Position numbers and translations under genes: made by a program. The notes below the pieces were generated by a model, which saw nothing but the letters and a program-made list of their open reading frames with translations, was not told where the DNA came from and ran no database searches. 64,000 nt of DNA from Flaccisagitta enflata. Lineage: Eukaryota. Positions 13,051 through 25,840 of the stretch are shown one piece after another; positions within the stretch are counted from its first letter, which is position 1, and the number at the start of each line of letters is the position of its first letter. The stretch is from positions 35,092,001 through 35,156,000 of the forward strand of contig OZ231126.1 of assembly GCA_965153355.1 (NCBI GenBank), given 5' to 3'.

Positions 13051-15305
13051 AAAGAGTAAGGAAAGTAAAGTTTATGGATAAAAATGGACTCCAAATTCAT
13101 CACAGATTGTCACAGTGTAACAAAAGTTGTGAATTATGTAGCTAATGAAAAGTTTTGACTATTTTGATAACATTGTCATCATTTTTTTTATGTTAGATTT
13201 TTACAAAATCACAGCTAGAAATTTGTCTAGACTTGTGGCCATTTCCCTAACATGTTACATGAATAGGAATTGCTTTTGTGCATGTATCACATACGATTTC
13301 AGCGTGGCCACAAGTCTAGAAAAAAAATGACAGTGTTTTAAAGTGGAACAGTCTGACTGATATTTCATAAGTATTGTAAACAACTGGCTCTTTACACACA
13401 GCGGCACTTCCCCCTCCTCTCCTTCAATTCCTGCAGCCTCCTCATCATCTCCGTTTTCATTCCTGGCATCCTCATCCTCATTCTTTTTCTCTCTTGACAA
13501 ACAGAAGAACAACGCCAAGCAAACAAAGATAAAACTGACGACCTTAGACGCTAAAAAATCGTTTGTTGTGTGTACAAATCCCTTTCATTCTAATCACCAT
13601 CAGACAGCAACTTTACACTTCCTCTGTGTTATATCCTCCAATTAGCTCTCCAGATCGGGCACAAGTAGAATTTGAAAAAATGTCAACAATCTTACTGTTC
13701 AAAAAAATTTACAAATCAAAGAAAGTGAAAAAAGTTTAGCAGCGCTTTCGGTTGATGGTATTTTTTCCTCCTTATGTGCTCAAAATTCATATACCTTATT
13801 TTTTTTATCATTTAGTACTTATACTAACCAGAACAAAAGAGAATAACAATCTTCAATCCAATTTAGAGACCGCGAGTTTAGATTATTCATCAGAACTAAG
13901 AGGTGGTTGTGGTCATTTTGTCCGCCAAATTGGGTTACATCTCATCTTATCCAGGAAAATATAAAACCAGAACTCAAGAGCTAACCTGGGGTGCAATCCG
14001 CGTGTTTCTAAAATCTTTTTATAGAATTTGCCCAAATACCCTATTGACCATCTTCAGCACTGCTCCTGCCAACCCCAACACGACTGGGATAGCCGTGTAT
14101 CCAATATTCATAGCTGAGAAAGAGCTAATTTTTAGTCACGTGCACGTGACTCTACACCCCACATTGTCAGTTCATCCGTCGGTTGGTTGGTCACACTTTA
14201 CTTTTTTTATGATTTTTATTCTTGGACCTTACTGCTCTTGCCCAAATGGTCTTGTGATTTTAAATATGGCCCCTGCCCACCCACACGCCACACACTGGCC
14301 CAGAATGACCACCTATCAAGGAGAACTACTTATCTCAACTTCCGCCACCCCTAATCACCATCACACTGGCCCAGAATGACCACCTATCAAGGAGAATTAC
14401 TAATCTCAACATTCAAAACCCCTAACAACCCCTAATCACCGTCACACTGGCCTAGAATGACCATCTATCCAGGAGAATTATTTATCTCAAAATTCACCAC
14501 CCCTAACCACCCCTAATCACCATCACACTGGCCCAGATTGACCACCTATCAAAGAGAATTACGTATCTCAACATTCACCACCCCAAACCACCCCTAATCA
14601 CCATCACACAGGCCCAGAATGACCACCTATCAAGGAGAATTACTTATCTCAACATTCACTACCCCTAACCACCCCTTATCACCATCACACTGGCCCAGAA
14701 TGACCTTCTATCAAGGAGAATTACTTATCTCAATGCTCACTACCCTTAATCACCTTCACACTGGCCCAGAATGACCACCTATCAAAGGGAATTACTTATC
14801 TCAACATTCACCACCCCTGACCACCCCTAGTCACCATCACACTGGCCCTAAATGACCACCTATTCAAGAGAATTACTCATCTCAACATTTACCACCCCTA
14901 ACCACCCCTAATCACCATTGCACTGGCCCAGAATGACTACCTATCAAGGAGAATCACTTATCTCAACATTCGAAACCCCTAACCACCCCTAATCACCATC
15001 ACACTAGCCCAGATTGACCAACTATCAAGGAGAATTAGTTATCTCAACATTCACCACCCCCAACCACCGCTAACCACCATCACACTGGCCCAGAATGACC
15101 ACCTATCAAGGAGAATTACGTATCTCAACAGTCACCACCCCTAACCACCTCTAATCACCATCACACTGGCCCAGAATAACCACCTTTCAAGAAAATTTCT
15201 TATCTCAACATTCACCACCCCTTATTACCCCTAATCACCATCACAATGGCCCAGAATGACCACCTATCAAGGAGAATTACTTATTTCAACATTCACCACC
15301 CCTAA

Positions 15306-15635
15306 TAGCCTAACAACAAAAAATGCGATTTCATAGTAAAGTTCTCTATCAGAGGGATATGGCCCAAAATCATGTTTACTGATAGTCTATGAATAAAATT
15401 TAGACCTGGAACCCCGAATAAATTGGCGCTGCCACCCACCCCCTTTCCCATAATAAAACACAAGCAAAAATCCTTCCTATACATTTTCAATGGGAAATGA
15501 GGGGGGGTGGCGGCGGTAATTTCCAGAGGTCCCAGGGCCAAATTTTTGTTGTGGCTTATCTTAGTACACGATTTTGAGTCATATCCCTCTGATAGAAAAC
15601 TTTCCTATGACTTTGTATGAACTCTTGTTATGCTA
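15306..15635. mobile_element. hAT-like MITE (330 bp) in the satellite
   Basis: Ends tagcctaacaa / ttgttatgcta, exact 8-bp TSD ACCCCTAA, longer subterminal inverted repeats. Confidence 0.85.
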
Positions 15636-15706
15636 ACCCCTAATCACCATCATACTCGACCAGAATGATCACCTATCAAGGGGAATTACTTATCTTAATA
15701 TTCACC

Positions 15707-16600
15707 CTGAGGCGGATCAACGAGGTGCGGGGCCCTATGCTTAACCAAGGGCGCGGGGCCCCCCTTCCTCCCCCACACTAAGGGTTTCATAAAATGTTCA
15801 GGTTCCTCCAAACAAAAGTTTTTCAGCTATACCTTTCTGCTAAATACACATATGAATTTCACATCAATTCACCCCGTTTTATTCTCTCTCATCCTTGCTT
15901 TCTTTTCAATCTCTTTTTGTTCCATGCATTTTTTTTCTCTCTATTGCTCTATTACAACCTGTTATTTTGAGCAGCAGCTTCAAACCTAAGATCAGACATA
16001 TCAGGCCTAATATCATTACCTCATATTGAACCCCAAAGAAACCAATTCAACTCTGATTACTATGAAATATTTAACTTCAACCAAGGATATCTTACAGAAC
16101 CAAGGATATCTTAAAGAAAAGCTTTTAAAGAAACTTTGTCATAAGCTCTTACAGAATAGCTTTTAAAGAAACTTTGTCATATAAAATCTTCAAAATTCGC
16201 TCAATCTGGTTCCTGTAGCTTTAACTGTTTAAAACTAGAAATAAAAAGTAAAATCTATTTTTTAAATGTATAAAAATGAAATGCAGCTACTTCTTAGGAA
16301 CTCGCAGCCTCTAGATAAGCTATAGATTTGAAAAGAAAACAACAAGAAGGGTGCAATCTGGTTTCTGTAGCTTTCTTAGTTTTCCCCTGTTTTCCTCTTT
16401 CTTTCTTTCTTTCTTCCTTTCTTTCTTTCTTTCTTTTTTTTTCATTCTTTTTTTTTTATTTCTTTATTTTTTTATTTTTTCCTCACTTTCTTTCTTTTCT
16501 TTCTTCTTTCTTTTTTTCTTTCTTGTTTTTCAAGGAAGGGGGCAGCAAGCGCGGGGCCCTATGCTTAAGCATTTAAAGCCTATATGTTGATCCGCCTCAG
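15707..16600. mobile_element. hAT-like MITE (894 bp) in the satellite
   Basis: Perfect 15-bp TIR ctgaggcggatcaac, exact 8-bp TSD TATTCACC, subterminal gcggggccct motifs. Confidence 0.9.
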
Positions 16601-17745
16601 TATTCACCACCCCTAACCATCCCTAATCACCACCACACTGGCCCAGAATGACCAACTATCAAGGAGAATTACTTATCTCAACATTCACCACCCCTAGCCA
16701 CCCCTAATCACCTTAAAGGTTCCCGCACATTTACGTGTATATCTCAAACTAGAATCAACGAATTATCAAACAAGGCCGGATACGCGGCTACCCTGGTCGC
16801 GTGCGGGTGGGCAGGAGCTGTTTTTGAGGTCACCCTATCATTTGGGCAGGAGCAGTGGGGCCAAGTTCCGCAAAAAATAGAAAAAAGAAAAGTGTGACAG
16901 ATGGACAGACCGATGGACCGACCGACAAAGCGGGGTGTAGAGTCGCGTGGCACGCGACTAAAAATTTGTGAGACTATTAAAACCCCTCAAATTTGAAAGT
17001 AATTTAAGCAACCCGGTTCTCTCTGGCTCAATGCATTCGAGATTAGATTCAACCAATTACCAAAAAATTAGTGGGCTAATTAAAGCTCTTCAAATTTGCA
17101 AGAGGCTGACGCAAACCGCATCTCTCTAGGTCTATCCGTTCAAAAGTTATTCAACTTTGATTGAAATACTTCAATTTCGCTTATGCCGTTTTTACTCAAT
17201 CTTCTGATGACATCACTTCACTCTTTTTTAAATTACTTCTAAACGCGTTGAGCTAGACACATGCGGTTCGCATTGCTTGCTTGCAAATTTGAAGGGCTTC
17301 ATTTATGTCACCGATTTTTCTATGATTTGATGAGTTTTGTGAAAGCTGTAAGTCTAAATGCAGCAAAAAAAAGAGATAAAAATAAATCGCGAAAAAGATC
17401 CGGAAGGCCTTCACTCCAGAGTACCTAAAGAAGCTCTACAAGCCACCTCCCCAACTAAGGATGGCCCTGATTATTGATGGATTTGTAACTGATTAGTATT
17501 CATTTTTACACCAATGAATATGTTTCTGTTACGGGTCGAAAGATTTTTTCCGCCTAGATAGTATTAAAACCCCTCAAATTTGAAAGTAATTTAAGCAACC
17601 CGGTTCTCTCTGGCTCAATGCATTCGAGAGTCATTCAATGTTTCCATTTTGCTTTTGCTATTTCTACACAATCTTCAAATGATCAAACACCGTTGAGAGC
17701 TCCAAAGGCTCTTGTCCTGTGTGGAGTAGGCTCTTGTCCTGTGTG

Positions 17746-18533
17746 CTGGGTTGGCAAAAAAGCCACTTTTTTGAAAAAAGCCAATTTTAGCCGGCTAAAA
17801 TGGATTAAACCGGCTAAAATCCTGTGTTTTTTCAAACGCCGGATTTTTTCAAAAATGCGCCGTGGAAGTAGTAGCAATCAGAATAAATATGATAAAATAA
17901 TGTTGATATATAGTTCTAGATTGGGAAAAAGCTATACTTGACCTTGTTAGCAATGGAATCAATAACAGTTGGAGCTGCAGTCACCTTTTGATGTTTCTCA
18001 CCTGATCAATCCTAAGTCACCGTTTCATCCAATGATGAAGAGTAAGAGAAATGATCAGGGATATGAAAAGGGAAATGATCAGAGAAATGATCGTTATCAG
18101 AGAAATGATCAGAGATTGTGATTCGTGGTTCAATTCATGATTAAATTAATAAAATATGATTAATTTGATGATATATCAATAAGGCGCATTTTTGAAAAAA
18201 AAGTAGGAACTTTCCACTGCCACTGGCAACACGGATAGTAAAAGAGAGAAAAAAGAGGTGTATGATTTTGAGAGGAAAACAAAAAAAAGAGGTGTATGAT
18301 TTTGAGAGGAAAACAAATGGCAGCACAGCTGCTCTGATGTCAGGCAAAAAAAATTCGTTGAAAAAAATACTAGGTTTTCGGGAAATTTTGAATTTTTGGT
18401 GATTTTACAAACAAAATTTGAAAAAAGCCAATTTTAGCCGGCTTTTTTCAAAAATCGTTTGAAAAAAAACCAATTTAATCAGCCGGTTTAATCCGGCTTT
18501 TTTCAAGTGGCTAAAATTAGCGTGCCAACCCAG
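17746..18533. mobile_element. hAT-like MITE (788 bp)
   Basis: 11-bp TIR ctgggttggca, exact 8-bp TSD CCTGTGTG, repeated subterminal aaaaaagccaattttagccggc. Confidence 0.9.
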
Positions 18534-18673
18534 CCTGTGTGGAGTAGTAATTTTGTCCAGCTTTCATATCACTTTTTTAAAAATTTCTTCTAAACACATT
18601 GGGCTAGACATGCGGTTTGCGTAGACTGCTTGCAAATTTGAAGGGCTTCATTTATGTAACCAATTTTTCTATA

Positions 18674-19270
18674 CTACCTTGGAAATAAGTTTAGCATCAA
18701 AATGAGTGTTAGTTCATCTGTTGACTAGAATGGTACAAAAACATGTTCACACGGTTCTCAGTACTTGGTATGGCCTCCCTCCTGGCTAATCACTGCCTGC
18801 ATTCTTGCCAGCATTGATTCGTATAAGGCTTTGAGGTAAGATAGTGTGACTTGTCTCCACACTTTCAATGCGATTCTTTTCAGGCCCCCAAATGAAGTAG
18901 CGTGTTCCCTTTGCTGCATATTCTTCATCTGCAACCACAAATTTCCTATCAGATTAAGATCCGGCGAATTGCCGGGCCAATCCGGGAGGAATTTGGTGCT
19001 TGGAATTGGTAGTGAAGTCCCTAGGCTCCAAGCTGCCATACGTTGGAGTAACAAGTAAATGAACAGGCCATTTTTTTGCAAAATCGCATTTGAAAGTTTT
19101 TATGTTTTACGTTGTAACTTTTAAACGGCTTGAGACAGTAATCCCCGGTTGGTCTACATTGAAAGATAATTCGATGTAGATCATTTTAGTCATGGATTTT
19201 TTCTAGATTCGTTGAGATCAAAGCAACTTATGCTCGACTGAACATGATGCTAAACTTATTTCCTAGGTAG
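18674..19270 (-). mobile_element. Tc1-type deletion derivative (597 bp) keeping the transposase C-terminus
   Basis: 26-bp TIR ctacct(t/a)ggaaataagtttagcatca, TA on both sides; minus-strand WPGNSPDLNLIGNLW...LYESMLARMQAVISQEGGHTKY* (Tc1 WPxxSPDLNPIE and GGxTKY motifs). Confidence 0.92.
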
Positions 19271-19831
19271 TACTTTGAATCTCTTGGAGCTTTAAGCATA
19301 AATGTTGCAAAAGAGGAGATCAAGAAAATCGCTAAAAGGGCCGGAACGCCATCACTCCAGAGAACTTAGAGAAGCTCTGCAAACCGCTTCCCTGATGAAT
19401 CGCAGCAGTGATTCAGTCAAACAATAAATATTCATGGACTTGAAAGTAAAAAGTAACCTAAGAACCTGCTACCTGAAAAAGTTTTTAGCAATTTCAATAT
19501 TAAGTATTCTAACACATTACACAATATTCCTTAACCTACCTTACATACTTAAACCTTGTATTCTTAACCCTGTAAGCTAAGTTGTTAAAAAGGTATAAAA
19601 GTTCAAAGAAGAGAAGCAATTTACCAGTACTTATCAGTAAACAGCTGCTGTCAAAACAGTACTGTAAGTACACCGTCTTTAGATCGAATTGGAATATGCC
19701 AAACCTTTATAACTCCTAAATTTCTGAGCAATAAGTCTCCAAATTTTCAGTAAATGTTGCTAATGTGTGACGGTTTTACTCTGCCAAACCTCAGATCTTA
19801 GTACTTTAGATTTTGGGCATTGCATAACACT

Positions 19832-20056
19832 GAAAGAACGGCCTTTTTTGGAGCAAAATAAACTTTTTCTAACTTTTTTTTTCAAAGAAGCTTGTAATTT
19901 TCTGCCTGTAAATTACAAACGGATGGAACTGGAACTCTATAAACACTTTTTGATTACAGATGATAATTCATAAACTTCCGTTATGCTTAAACATTACACT
20001 GATTTCATTGTATTTGTGAAAATTATCCATGGCGTTTTTGTGCGTAGATTCCAGCA

Positions 20057-20112
<56 letters not shown>

Positions 20113-20646
20113 CGCTCGCTCGCTCGATCGCGTGATCGCTCGGTCTCTCTTCTTCTCTTGTGCGTGCGAAAACAAGCTCCGTTGTAGGAAGAGGGCGCAA
20201 AGGACGCATCTATAGGTCGAATTTCGGCCTTGTTATTTACCACTTAAAATCAACGTCATACCTACAAGAAAAGAGCTAGAAAGCTGGGATCCCAAGTTTT
20301 CCAAACTTAAGAAAATTAAAGATCCTTAAGTAATCTCACCAGTAAATGGTTCTTATCGCTCATGGAACATACAAAACGCTTGTGACAAAACTAAAAATCC
20401 ATTTATGCGCCTCACTGTATCGAAAGAACGGCCTTTTTTTGAGCAAAATAAACTTTTTCCAACTTTTTTTTTCAAAGAAGCTTGTAATTTTCTGCCTGTA
20501 AATTACAAACGGATGGAACTGGAACTCTATAAACACTTTTTGATTACAGATGATAATTCATAAACTTCCGTTATGCTTAAACATTACACTGATTTCATTG
20601 TATTTGTGAAAATTATCCATGGCGTTTTTGTGCGTAGATTCCAGCA

Positions 20647-20722
<76 letters not shown>

Positions 20723-21031
20723 CTCTCGCTCGCTCGATCGCTTGATCGCTCGGTCTCTCTTCTACTCTTGTGCGTGCGAAAACAAGCTCCGTTGTAGGAA
20801 GAGGGCGCAAAGGACGCATCTATAGGTCGAATTTCTTCCTTGTTATTTACCACTTAAAATCAACGTCATACCTACAAGAAAAGAGCTAGAAAGCTGGGAT
20901 CCCAAGTTTTCCAAACTTAAGAAAATTAAAGATCCTTAAGTAATCTCACCAGCAAATGGTTCTTATCGCTCATGGAACATACAAAACGCTTGTGACAAAA
21001 CTAAAAATCCATTTATGCGCCTCACTGTATC
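19832..21031. repeat. Near-identical tandem duplication (590 and 610 bp units)
   Basis: 19832-20421 repeated at 20422-21031; differences are mainly (CT)n length; each unit ends in a Tc1-like TIR end gcgcctcactg|ta. Confidence 0.9.
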
Positions 21032-22797
21032 GACCTAATGCCTTGGTTTACCTTGAGTCCTTGCTAAACTAAAAAAAATACTGAGCTTGCATGAAAGATT
21101 TAACTGGCAAGTAACATGAAGTGCAATATCGCCGCGGACAGGTGGCCTGGGGCATGCAATCCCCCTATAACACCCCCTCTATCCACCCACACACACCGGG
21201 GGTCGAAAACGCGTGTTTTCTACACCTTTTGACTAGTAACGTCGTGTAATATGGATGGACCCACCTACTCGCAAAGCGAAGACCCATGCCCTATGGCCCA
21301 ACCCGCCCCCCACAGACGGACAAAGCCTGTAATTGTTGCGAGTCCGCAACTTAAAAGAGCATGTGGCCAGTTGGGATGTTGGAAAGTCAGTTACACAACA
21401 AAGACTGATACATGTGCATGTTTCCATAGTCGACGGTTGGATTGAGGCAGCAATGAAACAAGGCCGGATACACGGCAATCCAGTCGCGGATGGTTGGGCA
21501 GGAGCAGTAATACAAAAACTGCCCGGAATTCAAAAATGTGACGGACGTACGGATCTACCGACATACCGACCTACCGACCTTCCGACCGACACGGCAAGGT
21601 GTAGAGTCGCGTGTCCGCGACTAAAAACTTCTCACGAACCAAGACACTATACAACAGATGGACCAAGCCCTTTTACTTTGGCGAATGTCACGGTTTGGCA
21701 CCAAGCTGCAGGGCCCGACTTTCTGCCAATCTACGTTAGCCCAAGCTTCAGATTCATCATTGCAAACGGAATGGATGGTTCAAAGACATTCATAACTACC
21801 CAATGCACAATTCCAAACCATTTTTTGTGACCCTCCCTGCTCCAAGGGGGTCCAAAAATTTGATCAAAGGGCTATTTTTTGCATGTTTCCATTCTGTCGC
21901 CAGTAGAAAAAAGCAAGCAAAACCATTCAGAAAATGTCTTATCATATGCTATTGTGAGTTTTTATCAAGCAGTACCAATCCCATAGGGTATACAAAAGGC
22001 CAACACTTATAAGTCGCGTGCGAGATTTACAGATTGACTTAGAATGACTTAAATGACTCAGTACACTCTTTAATGACTTTAAATGACTTAAAGAAATAAA
22101 ATTGATAAAAGAAGTAAAAGTGTGACAGATTGACCGAACAACCAACGGCCGGATGGACGGATGGATAGACAAAGCGGGGTGTAGAGTGGCGTGCACGCGG
22201 CTAAAAATTCAACTCATTACGCAAATGATAAGTTACCAAAAAATAGTATACAAATCAAATTTACCACTCCTCAATTTTTTGGCTTTTTTTCTCTCGAGCC
22301 TGAATATCATGATATTTAATTTATTTAACCTCACTTTTCATCAACATTAAGCATTTTTCCATTTGCCATTCGATGGACAACTACTTAAAGGACATTCCCC
22401 TCCATTTTCATGTTATTGGGTTGATCCTAAGCGGAGAGATAGCATTTTTTAGTCGCGTGCATGCGACTCAACAACCCGCTTTGTCTGTCCGTCCGTCCGT
22501 CTGTCAAACTTTACTTTTCTTATTACTTTAATTTATTCTTGGTCATTCTAGGCCATTTTTAGTCATTCTAAGTCATTATTAGTCTTTCTAAGTCATTGTA
22601 AGTCATTGTAAGTCATATTAAGTCATTATAGGTAATATTAATTCACTTTAGTCAATCTGAGCAATTTAGTTGTATAAGTCATTTATTATAATCATTTTAT
22701 GACTTTTTAATTCATTCTAAGTTATCTTAAGTCATTTTAAGTCAATTCGAGTCATCCTAAGTTATTTATGTCCCGCACGGTGTTGGCCTTGTTCTTG

Positions 22798-23032
22798 GAG
22801 CGTATCAATTCGTGCACACCCCCAAACTTGTTCCTAACGCTTACCTAACGCTTTAGATATGCCACTATGGTGTCAAAGTGACACAATTTACATAAAATCT
22901 GACCACACCATGTAATAGAGCATGAAATTTTGAATGAACCCTGATAATTTGAAATCTTAATTCCCAAGCGTTTAGTCACAATGAAATTTCACATTAAGTT
23001 GGTCCTGGAAGTGTAACAGAATTGATACGCTC
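22798..23032. mobile_element. Small MITE (235 bp) with GAG termini
   Basis: Perfect 14-bp TIR gagcgtatcaattc; no clean TSD. Confidence 0.6.
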
Positions 23033-23149
23033 GTCGGACGATCATCGTAGTTATTTTCTTCTTAGCGGAGGTCAAGATTTTGTGGACTGCGAAGGAAAAT
23101 AAGGCCAGTTACACGGGCCAAGACGGTGCGCAGGACGTTATTAATTCTT

Positions 23150-23490
23150 AGACCTATCCCTAGCTCCATCAGACCTATCCCTAGCTCTATCAGACCTATC
23201 CCTAGCCCTATCAGACCTATCCCTAGCCCTATCAGACCTATCCTGAGCGCTATCAGACCTATCTGACCTATCACCAGCTCTGTCAGACCTCTCTCTAGCT
23301 CTATAAGACCTATCCTGAGCTCTGTAAGACTTATCCCTAGCTCTATCAGACCTATCCTGAGCTCTACCAGACCTATGCCGAGCTCTATCAGACCTATTCC
23401 GAGCTCTATCAGACCTATCCCCAGCTCTATTAGACCTATCCGACCTATCACCAGCTCTATCAGACCTATTCCCAGCTCTATCAGACCTAA
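23150..23490. repeat. 21-bp minisatellite (agctctatcagacctatccct) inside a HINE-like element
   Basis: Visible tandem units; preceded by aataaggcc...gtgcgcaggac and followed by (GGAC)n. Confidence 0.85.
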
Positions 23491-24029
23491 CCGTAGCTGG
23501 TTACTGCAGTGGATGAAAGAACGAGTATCATCAATGATAAACGAAATGAGCTTTGAATTGATTTTAAACATTTTTAACAATTTTTCACTCAAGCGTGAAG
23601 GACGGACAGACGGACGGACGGACAGAGCCTCTTATAGAAGTGCTATGGTGCACTGAAAAATCATCATATCATATTTCTGAATCATTTCTAGTGATTTTTA
23701 CTTCTTTTAGAGATTTTCAACTTGAGCGTGACTGACCAACCGACTGACCAACCAACCAACCAACAATCAGAGCTAGTTATAGAGGTGTTATGGCGCACCT
23801 GAAAATACAATTTGTCCGATTTACAGAAATGTCTATCTCTAGAACCCTTTGAGCTACAGTCACTTGGGGTTTTGACTAGGATGAAGGCGTCACGTTTTGC
23901 AGACAGATAATTTGTAAAATCTGCAAATGCGTTTTTCATTTGCAGAAGGTTTTTCTAAATATCTGCCATAAGGTTTTTATAAGTTTTATATAGTTTTATG
24001 AATTCTCTTTCTAGTTTGAGTTTTCCAAT

Positions 24030-24306
24030 TATATTTCTATGGGTTAAGGATTTAAAGATTGAAACTGGATTTTAATTAATAAATAACAATCAAATTTTGA
24101 ATATGCACCATATTCATAAAGAACTTTTAATCTTTGTTGGTGTTTTTTTTAGCATGTCTTTCTCTATCAGTTTTTTTTTTCTCTTTTACTCTTTTTTATT
24201 TCTTTCTCTCTTCATTCTTTGTTTTTTTCTCATTGTTTTTTCCTTTTCTTTCAGTTTTTTTTCTTTTTGTTTGTTTTTTTTTCTCTCACACACACACTCT
24301 CTCTCT

Positions 24307-24396
<90 letters not shown>

Positions 24397-24683
24397 AATG
24401 CCTTAACCAGTCACTCTCACTTAAAAATTTTGTTTATACTCACTTTTACCATCTATTCTTCTTCCTTTTCTTATCTTTCACTTATTTTCTTTTTTTTCAT
24501 CTACCCTGTTATGAAGATTTATGATTTTATTCAATTCTTAATATGCATTTGATTATATCTTTTTTTTTATAATATTCAAAAAAACTCTTTCTCAAAACTC
24601 ATTTTGATGCTAAACACGTATTTGAGTTTCAGTAGCTAGATCTGCAATTAGGTACCGGAAGCAGGTGCAGAAAGGTAAACTCT
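24030..24683. repeat. About 650-bp dispersed repeat; inverted copy at about 33787-34539
   Basis: Colinear reverse-complement match, e.g. tttctcaaaactcattttgatgctaaa...gagtttcagtagctagatctgcaattaggtacc. Confidence 0.85.
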
Positions 24684-25709
24684 AAGCTACACACATGATT
24701 TTTTGCGGGAAATCGGGTTTTTACAAAGAGGGATCATGAAAAAAAAATTGGTATTCTGAAGATGAGTCCTACCAGCCCAACCAACCCAACCAACCTACCA
24801 GATAAAAAAATGACAAAGTCGCATCACTTTTGAATGAGCTCTCCGATTTGGCTGAAAGTTTGCATGGAAGTTCTTAAAGAGTATATACATAACTGGTATT
24901 AAGAAGAGCTTGGCGGTAAAAATTTTTACTCCACTGCTCAACCAACCAAAAATGGTGCTTGTAGAGATTTTCTGAGAATTCATGAAACTTCGATTTTTTT
25001 TTAGAGAAACATCCTCAAATTATTGCATTCCAACATAATTTAGATAAAAATTCTTAAACTGATTCAATTACTACAACAAGCTTATTTTTGTAGAGATTTG
25101 TGTTCAAAATATGTCTAATTAAGCTTAATTTGCATGAAAAATGAACACAGTTGATAAAATTCTTCTAAAGATTCATAATCACTACCTTATCAGATATACA
25201 ATGATGTATAGTTTTACTGAATTTGAATCCTAAAAAAAATGGCTAATTCTTACCCTGCCCACTTGCCGTTTCTTGACATTTGCCCTTTATAAATACTCGT
25301 TTTACTGTGGCATGCACAGGACGAAAAGCATTTGAATTCTAGGCAAACCTCTGATTGAAGAACTTCTTGAATGTCATAATTTTTTTTTCCACATTTTTCG
25401 TCTATTGACTTAATCTCTCCACCAAGTGCATGTCGGCGAAATTGCATGTAATCATAGGCTTCCGAGGATTTTGCCACTACGTTCACGGGGGAAAAAATCC
25501 ACAAAATCATTGGATTGGTGGGGGGGGGGGGGTTGTTGACAAGATATCATTTGAGGCAGGGCATTGCAGCATTCAATGCTTAAAATATATACAACCATCT
25601 GAGTCCAATCAGGCTCCTAGCCCTCCTTTCAGCGGTGATGTAACAACATTAGCTTTTTTCACAAACAAATGCACATTCATTAAAAACAAGGAAGCACAAT
25701 TGCGATAAT

Positions 25710-25757
<48 letters not shown>

Positions 25758-25788
25758 TCACTCACTCACTCACTCACTCACTCACTCA

Positions 25789-25840
<52 letters not shown>

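Larger units (their letters stand above)
14290..16712. repeat. 81-bp satellite array (about 15 monomers) interrupted by two MITEs
   Basis: Unit cacactggcccagaatgaccacctatcaaggagaattacttatctcaacattcaccacccctaaccacccctaatcaccat; period 81 measured between 14524 and 14605. Confidence 0.95.

Noticed and set aside
14290..16712. 81-bp array as a CRISPR array
   Set aside because: Whole monomers repeat with no unique spacers, no cas genes, eukaryotic context.
18758..19081. Functional Tc1 transposase
   Set aside because: Only the C-terminal ~75 aa remain inside a 597-bp element and the catalytic Glu position of the PIE motif is altered (LIG).
21333..21830. 165-aa ORF (also 13903-14379)
   Set aside because: Runs through a HINE-like element (CRVACxRL is the translated terminal palindrome seen in many copies).
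23062..23592. 176-aa (GLIELGI)n ORF
   Set aside because: Translation of a 21-bp minisatellite within a HINE-like element.
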